Translations under genes and position numbers: made by a program
Notes under the pieces: generated by a model
Seen by the model: the letters and a program-made list of their open reading frames with translations, nothing else
The model's database searches: none
Told to the model about the DNA's origin: nothing
Shown here: positions 55,365-64,000 of the stretch, in pieces
Layout: every line of letters begins with the position of its first letter
How positions within the stretch are numbered: position 1 is the stretch's first letter
Assembly (NCBI GenBank): GCA_965240325.2
Contig: OZ251237.1
Location: forward strand, 1,673,601-1,737,600
Source: Rebecca billardiae RCC1528
Taxonomy: Eukaryota; Protista; Haptophyta
Direction: 5' to 3'
DNA length: 64,000 bases

Positions 55365-57113
55365 GTGCGGACCGGGCTCTCGCTGGGAGTCGTGGTTCAA
55401 CCGAAGCTCGTGCTTCATAATTTGCATCTGCGTGCTCAACGTGTGCTGCTCGCGACCAAGGAGCGAGTCCTAGCAGCACGTGCTGGCGACCTACGCGGAG
55501 ACGAACATGACCTACGCGGTGGGGTGGACATCGACAACGACTCGACGCAGCCTTCTCGCTCACCCGACACCGCGCTCTCGTGCTCAGACTCTCCCCCGAC
55601 GCCTCGGCCGCAAGGAGCGCTCGACGCCGACCAACTTGCGGGCCGCCGCGCCGGGCATGACGAGGTCCAGGGCGTGGCGGATGATGATGTGCGCGTGTCC
55701 ATGGACACGTGCGACCCGCCCGAGGTCCCCGCCAGCACCGCAGAGGGGCTCACCTCCTCCGCGGACGGCCACGATGGCGTGCAGCAGTCAAGGCTCGAGC
55801 TGCCGCCAGACATCAACGTCCGCGTGGAGCAGGTCGAGGAGACGGCGGCGGCGGCGCGCGCCATTCACGTGATGCACACTTTTGGTTGCCGCTTCGTGGC
55901 CGGCACGCACCCGCGGTACGCATCGGTGCTCAACTTCGTGCTCCTCGACCTCCTCCGCACGCTCGTGGACCTCATGCTCGAGAAGAACTTGAGGAAGCGC
56001 AAGCAGTTGGTCAGAGTGTTCACCGCGGCGTACGCCCAGACCGCGGGCGACGGTGGGATGAGGAAGCCCAAGAAGGTCGCGCACGCCTGCGCGGACGTGC
56101 ACGGCATCTCGGCGCGCCACGACTCGCCGCGGCTCGAGATGATCGGCAACTGGCTGATGACCGTGCACAGGTGGTCGAAGGGCAAGCGCCAGGACGTGGA
56201 GCGCATCCTGAGCCGGAAGCTGGGCGCGTCGGCGGCGGAGAGGTTGGGGGAGCTGGACACCGACGACCAGTTGCTGGGCGCCGCCCACGTCAGCTGCCCC
56301 TTCCGCGACCTCGACTCGCACCCCGACGCTGACGCGCCGCGCATTTCCGCATCAGGCCGCGTGACGGTGCCGCTGCACGAGCAGCGCGTGACTCCTGCTG
56401 AGCACGCGATCATCTCGGAGCAGCAGGTGGAGCTGGACTCGTCGCGCAAGGCGACCGCGCGCGCCGTCGCCGACGCTGCGCGCGCCAGCTTGCGCGCCGA
56501 CGAAGCCGAGCGCAGCGCGTGCTGTGGCACAGATCGCGCTGCGGCCGAGCGGGCGGCCATGGCTGCCGACGGCGCCGAGCTCAAGCGCGAGAGGAGAGCG
56601 GCGGAGCTTCGGGGCGAGCGCGTGGCGAAGCGCGCGCAGTCCGTCGCAGTAGTGGTGAACCGGTGGCAGCCTCGCGTGGGCCGGGGTACGACGAACGGCG
56701 ACGATGCCGGTGACACAGAGTACGGGCTTGGAAGTCGCCGAACGGACCGCGGCAAGCTTGGCGGCGGCAATCCGGACTGCCAGTCTGCGCACGCAAGCCT
56801 CGACGGCGGAGCCGGAGGGCTCTCCTGCGAGTGTTGGGATGGTGGCATGCTCAGAGGTGGTCTTGCTAGTGTGCCTCGGCACGCAGCCCGCCACCCGCAT
56901 CAGGCCCGTGCGGGCCTGCTGCGGCACTGTTCGAGGGGCATGAGCAGCGGCAGTGACTGCTCCGCGGCGGCGGCCGCCTATTCGGATGACCCAGTCTCAA
57001 TATTGAACACGGTACCCACATATAGGCACCAATATGAACACAGCAACGATTTCTTTTTTAAAGCGGCCGTTAAGGAAACTCCAACAAATGAATTTTCGGC
57101 CGTTAACGGCTGA
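55365..57113 (+). CDS. Element-borne ORF of unknown function; the credible coding core is about 55700-56650 and the 3' end runs into the nested insertion
   Basis: Long open frame with a high-GC3, globular-looking, Lys-rich centre; no motif recognised. Confidence 0.4.
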   Translation: MRTGLSLGVVVQPKLVLHNLHLRAQRVLLATKERVLAARAGDLRGDEHDLRGGVDIDNDSTQPSRSPDTALSCSDSPPTPRPQGALDADQLAGRRAGHDEVQGVADDDVRVSMDTCDPPEVPASTAEGLTSSADGHDGVQQSRLELPPDINVRVEQVEETAAAARAIHVMHTFGCRFVAGTHPRYASVLNFVLLDLLRTLVDLMLEKNLRKRKQLVRVFTAAYAQTAGDGGMRKPKKVAHACADVHGISARHDSPRLEMIGNWLMTVHRWSKGKRQDVERILSRKLGASAAERLGELDTDDQLLGAAHVSCPFRDLDSHPDADAPRISASGRVTVPLHEQRVTPAEHAIISEQQVELDSSRKATARAVADAARASLRADEAERSACCGTDRAAAERAAMAADGAELKRERRAAELRGERVAKRAQSVAVVVNRWQPRVGRGTTNGDDAGDTEYGLGSRRTDRGKLGGGNPDCQSAHASLDGGAGGLSCECWDGGMLRGGLASVPRHAARHPHQARAGLLRHCSRGMSSGSDCSAAAAAYSDDPVSILNTVPTYRHQYEHSNDFFFKAAVKETPTNEFSAVNG

Positions 57114-60100
57114 ATCTGGTGGTCCGGGCCAAATCCCGAGAGCGTTCGTCGCTCGGCGTCGCACGGACGCCGTCGCAGGGCTTGGCGAGCGGACGTTCGA
57201 CTCGCGGTGCGAGCGCGCGCCGTGCGTGCGCGTGTGGCGGCGTCCACGTCGCCGCTGCGCCACCGGTGCTCTAATCGCGGGTGTTCCCCAACCTATCCCC
57301 CGCCTGCCCCGCACCCGCTCCGCGTCCCGACGCGCCACACCGATCTACTTTGCTAGGTCTGTTCGTAACACGGTGCGAATTCGCGCCCGCCCGCACGCCG
57401 CTGCGCGCGGGGATGCAGGAAGTGTATGGAGGGGCGCGGAGTTGTTATTCAGGCGGCGGGTTACTCGTGATGCACGCACATGCGCAGCGGGAACGCTTAC
57501 TTTTGCATGGGTGACCGGGAATTTGCATCAGACTAACTTGCTGCGGCTGCGCCCGGCACGGCCGCGCAGGACCGCGCTCGCCGCGCGCAGCAATGGCGAC
57601 GGCTGTGCTCACCGTGGGCAAGGGCAAGCGTTCCTGCGCGAAGCCTAGGAAGCCCAAGCTGCATCGCAAAGGTGCCTAACGCATCGGGCGCCACGTCTCT
57701 GCCGCATCTGCATGGCTGCGCATGGCCGCGGCGCTCAGCCGCACGAGATGCTCAAGCTGCGCGCGCGCGAGGCCGCGAGCGAGGTGGACCACTCGATCAT
57801 GCCGAACGAGAACTACCTGGCGGAGGTCAAGCGCAGCGTCAACAGCCTCGTCGCCATCAAGGCCCAGCGGAAGAAGAACAACCTGCTGCGTGTAGCCAAG
57901 CTGCGGCTCTTCTCGTGAGACGCGCTCGTCTTGCATGCCTTCACCTCGCTCGACGACGAGGGCGTCGTGCACTAGGCGCGCGAGAAGGACCGCACACTGA
58001 GCATCGTGGGCTCGCGCCAGCCCGAGAGTTCTCGACGTGGCTCAACCTGGGCATGCGCCACCCGATCCCGCCGCCGGTGGCTGGCTCACGTGAGAGCGCG
58101 CTGCGCAATCGCGAGCACGCGGGCGCGGGCGTGATGATGATCGGCAGCGAGTCGGCGGCGCGGCCGTGGGCGCAGGCCGTGGGCGCCGTGCTGGATCGCT
58201 TGGAGCACTACGGCAAGTCCGCGCGCCCGCGCGGGCAGCCGCATGTCCTCCTCCTCTCGGCGGACACGGGCCAAACGCAGCGCACTCGCGCGCGGCCACG
58301 ATCGCCATCGTGCGCAACTATGAGGGTGTTGCGCTCGCGTCGTCGGAGGCGATCGCCATCTCGGAGCGGCCGGACTCGGACATGCCCGAGCTATGGAGTG
58401 CGGACGCCGACGGGATCAATGACGTGATCCGGAGCGGCCGGCTCCCACCGCGACCGGCGCCGCCAGCTGCCGCCGCTGCACGTGGCCAGCGCGGCAGGGC
58501 GGCGCGGCTGGCGGCGCTGCAGGCGGCGCGGCCGGCGACGCGGCCGGCGGCGCGGCCGGCGGCAGCGGCGGCAGCGGCAGCGGTAGCGGCGTAGCTGGCG
58601 GTGCCGCCGGCGCTGGAGTCCGCGCGGCCGGTTGCGCGGTCGGCGGCGCGGCCGGCGGCGCGGCGGGCGGCGCGGCTGGCAACGCGGGCGCGTCCGCGGG
58701 CACGGGCGGCGGCGCGGCCGGCGCGAGCGGCAGCGGCAGCGGCGTGGCTGGCGGCACAGTCGGCGCTGGCGTCCGTGCGGCCGGTGGCGCGGCCGGCGGC
58801 GCGGCCAGCGGCGCGGCTGACAGCGCGGGCGGTGGCGCGGCCGGCGGCGGCACTGCCGGCGGCGGCGCGGCCGGCGGCGCGGCCGCGCGCGGCCGGCGCG
58901 GCCGGCAGCAGCGGCGGCAGCTGCAGCGACAGCGGCGTGACTGGCGACACAGCCGGCGTTGGCGTCCGCGCGGCCGGTGGCGCGGCCTGCGGCGCGGCCG
59001 GCGGCGCGGCTGACAGCGCGGGCGATGGCGGGCCCGGTGGCGGCGCGCCCGACGGCGGCACGCCCGACAACTGCGCGCCAGGCGGCGGTGCGCCCGGCGA
59101 CGCGGCCGGACGCGGCCGGCGGCGCGGCTGGCAACGCGGGCGCGGGTGCTGGCGGCGGCGCGGGCGGCGCGGGCGGCAGCTGCAGTGGCGTGGCTGGCGG
59201 CACAGCTGGCGTTGGCGTCCGCGCGGCTGGAGGCGCGGCCGGAGGTGCGGCCGGCGGCGCGGACAGCGGCGCGGCTGACAGCGCTCGCGATCGCGCGGCC
59301 GGCGGCGGCGCGGCCGGCGGCGGCGCGGCCGGCGGCGGCGCGGCCGGCGGTGGCGCGGCCGGCGGCGGCGCGGCCGGTGCGGGCGGCAGCAGCAGCACTG
59401 GTGGCAGCAGCAGCGGCAGCTGCGTGGCTGGCGGCACCGCTGGCGCTGGCGTCCGCGCGGCCGGTGGCGCGGCCGGCGGCGCGGCCGGGGGCGCGGCCGG
59501 GGGCGCGGCTGGCAACGTGGGCGCGGGCGCGGGCGCGGGCGGCGGCGTGGGCGGCGCGGCCGGCAGTGGCAGCGGCGTGGCTAGCGGCACAGCCGGTGCT
59601 GGCGTCCGCGTGGCCGGTGGCGCGGCATGTGGCGCGGCCAGCCGCGCGGCTGACAGTGCGGGTGGTGGTGCGGCTGGTGGCGGCGCGGCCGGCGGCGGCG
59701 CGGCCGGCGGCGGCGCGCAGCAGCGCGGCCTCGGTGGCAGCACTGCCTCGGCAGGCGGCAGCGCGGCCGGCGGCGGTTTTGGCGGCGGCGCCGAGGCGGC
59801 CGACTACGCGGAGGAGCAGAAGGCCATCGTGGCGTGCACCGGCGCTTACGTCAGCCTCGCCAGCCTCGCCGGCCAGGGCTCGCACAACGTCCCACCGCTC
59901 CGCTTCAACGTCTGGGCGGTCACGGAGGCGGGCGCAGACGGCGTCTCGCCTCAGGCGGCGGGGGCGCCTCGTGCAGCTCGCGGACGAGCAGGTGCAGGGG
60001 CATTTCGTGCAGGTGACCAAGCGTGCGATGCCGCTCGTGCACGCGCGCAAGTCACTCGACTCATTCGTCCGCGAGTACGCCGAGGGGAAGAAGTCGACGG

Positions 60101-60590
60101 CGGAGCCGCACATCTCGACGGTCGCGCAGCTCGTGCGCCGCGTGTCGCTTGCGACGTGGGCAGAGGAGTTCGGCGACAAGGTGCGGCGGCTCTGGCTGAA
60201 GAAGTACGCCAAGCGGCAGCGCGAATGGCAGCGCAGGGCGGAGACCGACGCGATCGACCTGATCGCGGAGTGCATGACGGCGCGCAAGCTCCTGCGCGAG
60301 GAGGCTGGGCTTCCGGAGAAGGAGTTTTCGGCACTCAGGAGCAAATTGATGGCGGCGCGCTCGCCGGACCGCTCGGTGACGGTGATTTACGCGGCGCGGA
60401 TGTCGCGCGCGACGGTAGCGGGGCTGGGTAGCGGCAATCAGGCAGCTGACGGTGCGGGCATGCAGGGGGGACCAGCCGCGCGCGCGCGCCGCCCCCTAGG
60501 GGCGCGCGCGCAGCGCATAGTAATTTTTCGAAAATTAATCTGGCCGCTGGACACGCTAACGGCCGCTTTAAAAAAGAAGTCGTTGCTGTG
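57039..60590. mobile_element. 3.55-kb CACAG-ended (CMC/CACTA-like) element nested in the 7-bp-TSD element
   Basis: 34-bp TIR CACAGCAACGA[T/C]TTCTTTTTTAAAGCGGCCGTTA; 2-bp TSD AA. Confidence 0.88.
57593..60500 (+). pseudogene. Decayed gene inside the CACAG element, with a Gly/Ala low-complexity repeat core at 58450-59790
   Basis: Coding-like segments (EMLKLRAREAASEVDHSIMPNENY.., QVQGHFVQVTKRAMPLV..) broken by stops and frame changes. Confidence 0.5.
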
Positions 60591-61518
60591 AATATATATA
60601 TAGGAGAGTGCACCCGTATTATATATAAACGGGTAAGTCTGTGCGTATGTGTGGGTAGGGGATCTCTAATTAAATGGGTAAAATGCTCGATCTTGGAGTA
60701 GTTTTTCACCGACCGCTACGCGCACTCATCATGCCTACTAAAATTTAGCAATTCCACCTTAATTTTGTTGGGGCGGGTTGCAACGGTTATGAATAAGTAA
60801 GTCCGACGACATACCGTCATTTAGCCGCCATAACAAGTCCTTGACGTTTGGCTGAATCTGTATGTGACACAGTGGCGCAGCTGGCGTGCGCGCACGACCG
60901 CGCGACGGCGCGCGGAGTCGGTTTTGAGTGCTTCCAACGGCTGGGCTGGGCTCTGGGACATATTTGTAAGTGACTCCGCAAGCGCCACGCTCGTCAGACA
61001 CCTAAATCGCATGGTTGTCGAAAATCACAAATCAATGGGCTGCTGTCATGGACCCCCTACACCTACTCGTCCGAACTGCCCCCAGTGCGCGCCATCACGG
61101 CCGTGCTGCGCACGCTGCTGGGTGCCGCTGCTCGCGCACGCGCCTCGCTTCGAGGGAGCGGCCGTCCGTTGCCGTGGCGCGTGGCGGTCGAGACGTCAGT
61201 CGGGCGTGTCCACGTGCGTCATCCCGCCTACGCGCGCCGGTTCGCAGCGCGGCGCGCGCCCACGGTCGGCTCGCCGGCTGTGGTGGCCGGGGCGTGCCTA
61301 CGCGGCGGTTCGCGTGAGACTTCAGCTGACGGCGATGCGGAAGCTGCTCCAACTCGCTGCATGGCTGGTCGTCGAGGGGGCGGTCGGCTCGGTCGGTTGG
61401 AACGCGTCTCTAGAGGCTGCTCCACCCGGCGCTTCAACTCGCTTTGGCGCACTGATGATTCGAAGCGCGGTCGGCTCGCATGCAGTGGTGGCGGGCGCGA
61501 CCGCGCGGCGGTGCGCGT

Positions 61519-62464
61519 GATGCGCGTCTGGGTGCGGCCGCGCTCGCTGGCTGCACCCGCGGCGCTGCGGCCGGCGTGGCTGCTCTGGTCACCGCTGCGC
61601 TGGTGGCTGCTCCTCCTCTGGGAGTTGTTTCTTCCAGGTGCGTGTGCGTCGGCGGTAGGCCGCCCTCAGCCCTCGCTCTCTCCACTCGTGCACCTGCCCT
61701 GCTTGCTCTCTGCTTTCGATGGGGGCGCCTCGGAGCCGCTTCGAGGCGTCCCCGTCTGCAATCTTCTCATGCTCTATCTGCTTTCGATGGGGGCGCCTCG
61801 GAACCGCTTCGAGGCGTCCCCGTCTGCAATCTATCTTCTCATGCTCTGCTTTCGATGGGGGTGCCTCGGAACCGCTTCGAGGCGTCCCCGTCTGCAATCT
61901 TCTCATGCTCTGCTTTCGATGGGGGCGCCTCGGAACCGCTTCGAGGCGTCCCCGTCTGCAATCTTCTCATGCTCTGCTTTCGATGGGGGCGCCTGGGAAC
62001 CGCTCCCAGGCGTCCCCGTCTGCAATCTTCTCACGCTTCGCAGTCTCGCTTGCCTTCATCGCCTGGCGGGTGGGTGCTGCTCTCTCCTTCTCTGCCGCCT
62101 CCTCTGCAGTCTGCCGTGCACTGCTGTGTGTGGGATGCGACCTGCTACCTTATCTGACGCTACGCGTGCGTGTCTCGCGCCTGCTTCCCGCCTGCGCCGC
62201 CGCCGCCGCGCATGTCTTCGTGCCCACTGTCGCATGCAGTCTGGATCGTCCTTACTCATACAACCCTGCGGGGAGCCCCTCTGGGCCTCTGCCGCCTTCG
62301 GTCCTCATCGGCTTCTGTCGGCGTAGTTGCTCGAATGCATCGGCGAGTCCTTCCTGGTCGGCGTCGCATCCTGGACGGCTTCGGGGGTGTGACCTAGTCA
62401 CCTCACGCGTTTATCAACGCGGCCCCCACCTCAATCTACTCTCATGTGGGTCTACCGAGTGAGT
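61519..62464. mobile_element. Longer relative of MITE family D; left end not found
   Basis: 61519-61634 resembles 12497-12607; the right end CTCTCATGTGGGTCTACCGAGTGAGT|TA is identical to 12664-12689. Confidence 0.65.
61705..62033. repeat. Five-copy 64-68-bp tandem repeat, each unit containing a hairpin
   Basis: GCTTTCGATGGGGG at 61712, 61780, 61848, 61912 and 61976. Confidence 0.93.
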
Positions 62465-62609
62465 TAGAAGTATGTTTTCTCGAGATTGACCGAGCCGAAT
62501 CCTCTCAAAATTGGAGGGCCCCTAGCCCTTCCCATTTCCATGGCAGAGCCCAAGTCTCGTTGAAATCGGTTCGGTCAATCCCGAGAAATTGCCATTTTAG
62601 TACCGGCGA

Positions 62610-62890
62610 CCCTAACCATTTCCCTAACCCTAACCCTAACCATTTCCCTAACCCTTACCATTTCCCTAACCCTTACCATTTCCCTAACCCTTACCTGCGC
62701 CCTAACCCTTACCTGCGCCCTAACCCATACCATTTCCCTAACCCTTACCTGCACCCTAACCCTTACCTGCGCCCTAACCCTTACCTGCGCCCTAACCCTT
62801 ACCATTTCCCTAACCCTTACCTGCGCCCTAACCCTTACCTGCGCCCTAACCCTTACCTGCGCCCTAACCCTTACCTGCTCCCTAACCCTA
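62610..62890 (-). repeat. Inverted variant telomeric array (CCCTAA-CCCTTA-CCATTT/CCTGCG 18-mers)
   Basis: Direct reading. Confidence 0.93.
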
Positions 62891-62900
62891 GGTTAGGTGA

Positions 62901-62931
<31 letters not shown>

Positions 62932-63059
62932 GGTTAGGGTGAGGTTAGGGTTAGGGTTAGGGTTAGGGTTAGGGTTAGGGTTAGGGGTTAGGGTTAGGGT
63001 TAGGGTTAGGGTTAGGGTTAGGGTTAGGGTTAGGGTTAGGGTTAGGGTTAGGGTTAGGG

Positions 63060-63100
<41 letters not shown>

Positions 63101-63208
63101 GGTTAGGGGTTAGGGTTAGGGTTAGGGGTTAGGGTTAGGGTTAGGGTTAGGGTTAGGGTTAGGGTTAGGGGTTAGGGTTAGGGTTAGGGGTTAGGGTTAG
63201 GGTTAGGG

Positions 63209-63249
<41 letters not shown>

Positions 63250-63704
63250 GGTTAGGGTTAGGGTTAGGGTTAGGGTTAGGGTTAGGGTTAGGGTTAGGGG
63301 TTAGGGTTAGGGTTAGGGTTAGGGTTAGGTTAGGGTTAGGGTTAGGGTTAGGGTTAGGGTTAGGGTTAGGGTTAGGGTTAGGGTTAGGGTTAGGGTTAGG
63401 GTTAGGGTTAGGGTTAGGGTTAGGGTTAGGGTTAGGGTTAGGGTTAGGGTTAGGGTTAGGGTTAGGGTTAGGGTTAGGGTTAGGGTTAGGGTTAGGGTTA
63501 GGGTTAGGGTTAGGGTTAGGGTTAGGGTTAGGGTTTAGGGTTTAGGGTTAGGGTTAGGGTTAGGGTTAGGGTTAGGGTTAGGGGTTAGGGTTAGGGTTAG
63601 GGTTAGGGTTAGGGTTAGGGTTAGGGTTAGGGTTAGGGTAGGGTTAGGGTTAGGGTTAGGGTTAGGGTTAGGGTTAGGGTTAGGGTTAGGGTTAGGGTTA
63701 GGGG

Positions 63705-63756
<52 letters not shown>

Positions 63757-63933
63757 TAGGGTTTAGGGTTTAGGGTTAGGGTTAGGGTTAGGGTTAGGGT
63801 TAGGGTTAGGGGTTAGGGTTAGGGTTAGGGTTAGGGTTAGGGTTAGGGTTAGGGTTAGGGTTAGGGTTAGGTTAGGTTAGGGTTTAGGGTTAGGGGTTTA
63901 GGGTTTAGGGTTTAGGGTTAGGTTAGGGTTTAG
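62891..63933 (+). repeat. Telomere (TTAGGG)n
   Basis: About 1 kb of TTAGGG, G-strand oriented towards the sequence end. Confidence 0.99.
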
Positions 63934-64000
63934 ACTTTAACTTTAACTTTAACTTTAACTTTAACTTTAACTTTAACTTGAACTTTAACTTTATTTTAAT

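Larger units (their letters stand above)
55112..61059. mobile_element. 5.9-kb TIR element with 7-bp TSD (hAT-like)
   Basis: 12-bp perfect TIR TAGGGGGTCCAT; CACCTAC at 55105-55111 and 61060-61066; the joined flanks reconstitute the subtelomeric repeat seen at about 53067-53120. Confidence 0.82.

Noticed and set aside
57013-60656. Additional inverted repeat TACCCACA[T/C]ATA around the nested element
   Set aside because: Short and imperfect, with no clear TSD.
61705-62033. CRISPR-like palindromic repeat array
   Set aside because: The sequence between hairpins is also repeated, so there are no unique spacers; no cas genes; eukaryotic context.
62446-63082. ORFs with PNPYHF / RVRV repeats
   Set aside because: Translations of telomeric repeats.

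Overview
This is the terminal 64 kb of a very GC-rich eukaryotic chromosome arm, ending in a (TTAGGG)n telomere. Short GTGCGC...GCAG introns, Ala/Gly-rich proteins and signal-plus-transit N-termini suggest a haptophyte-like alga (inference only). Most short ORFs in the supplied track are GC-driven shadow frames. Supported genes are a CAMK-type kinase, five intronless F-box + RCC1 propeller paralogs, NUP93, an unknown Ala-rich gene, MsrB, a tandem pair of PH-like genes, a beta-lactamase-fold serine hydrolase, a three-domain fusion, CK2 alpha and a fatty-acid-hydroxylase-family gene. Three results stand out. (1) A Tc1/mariner-type transposase with unusual DD42E spacing lies between two 782-bp direct repeats, each itself a TIR-bounded MITE; TA sites occur only at the outer ends, and a solo TA-flanked copy sits nearby, giving an LTR-like/composite DNA transposon. 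(2) The F-box-RCC1 family shows hypervariable residues at equivalent positions of nearly every blade plus mosaic recombination, resembling a diversifying recognition repertoire. (3) One spliced gene fuses a CxDGR/HxxC carbonic-anhydrase-like domain, a GST and a 1-Cys peroxiredoxin. The subtelomere holds two hAT-like elements (8- and 7-bp TSDs), each with a nested ~3.5-kb CACAG-ended element (2-bp TSD), hairpin tandem repeats, and an inverted variant telomere array abutting the true telomere. All calls come from reading the sequence by eye; no searches were run.
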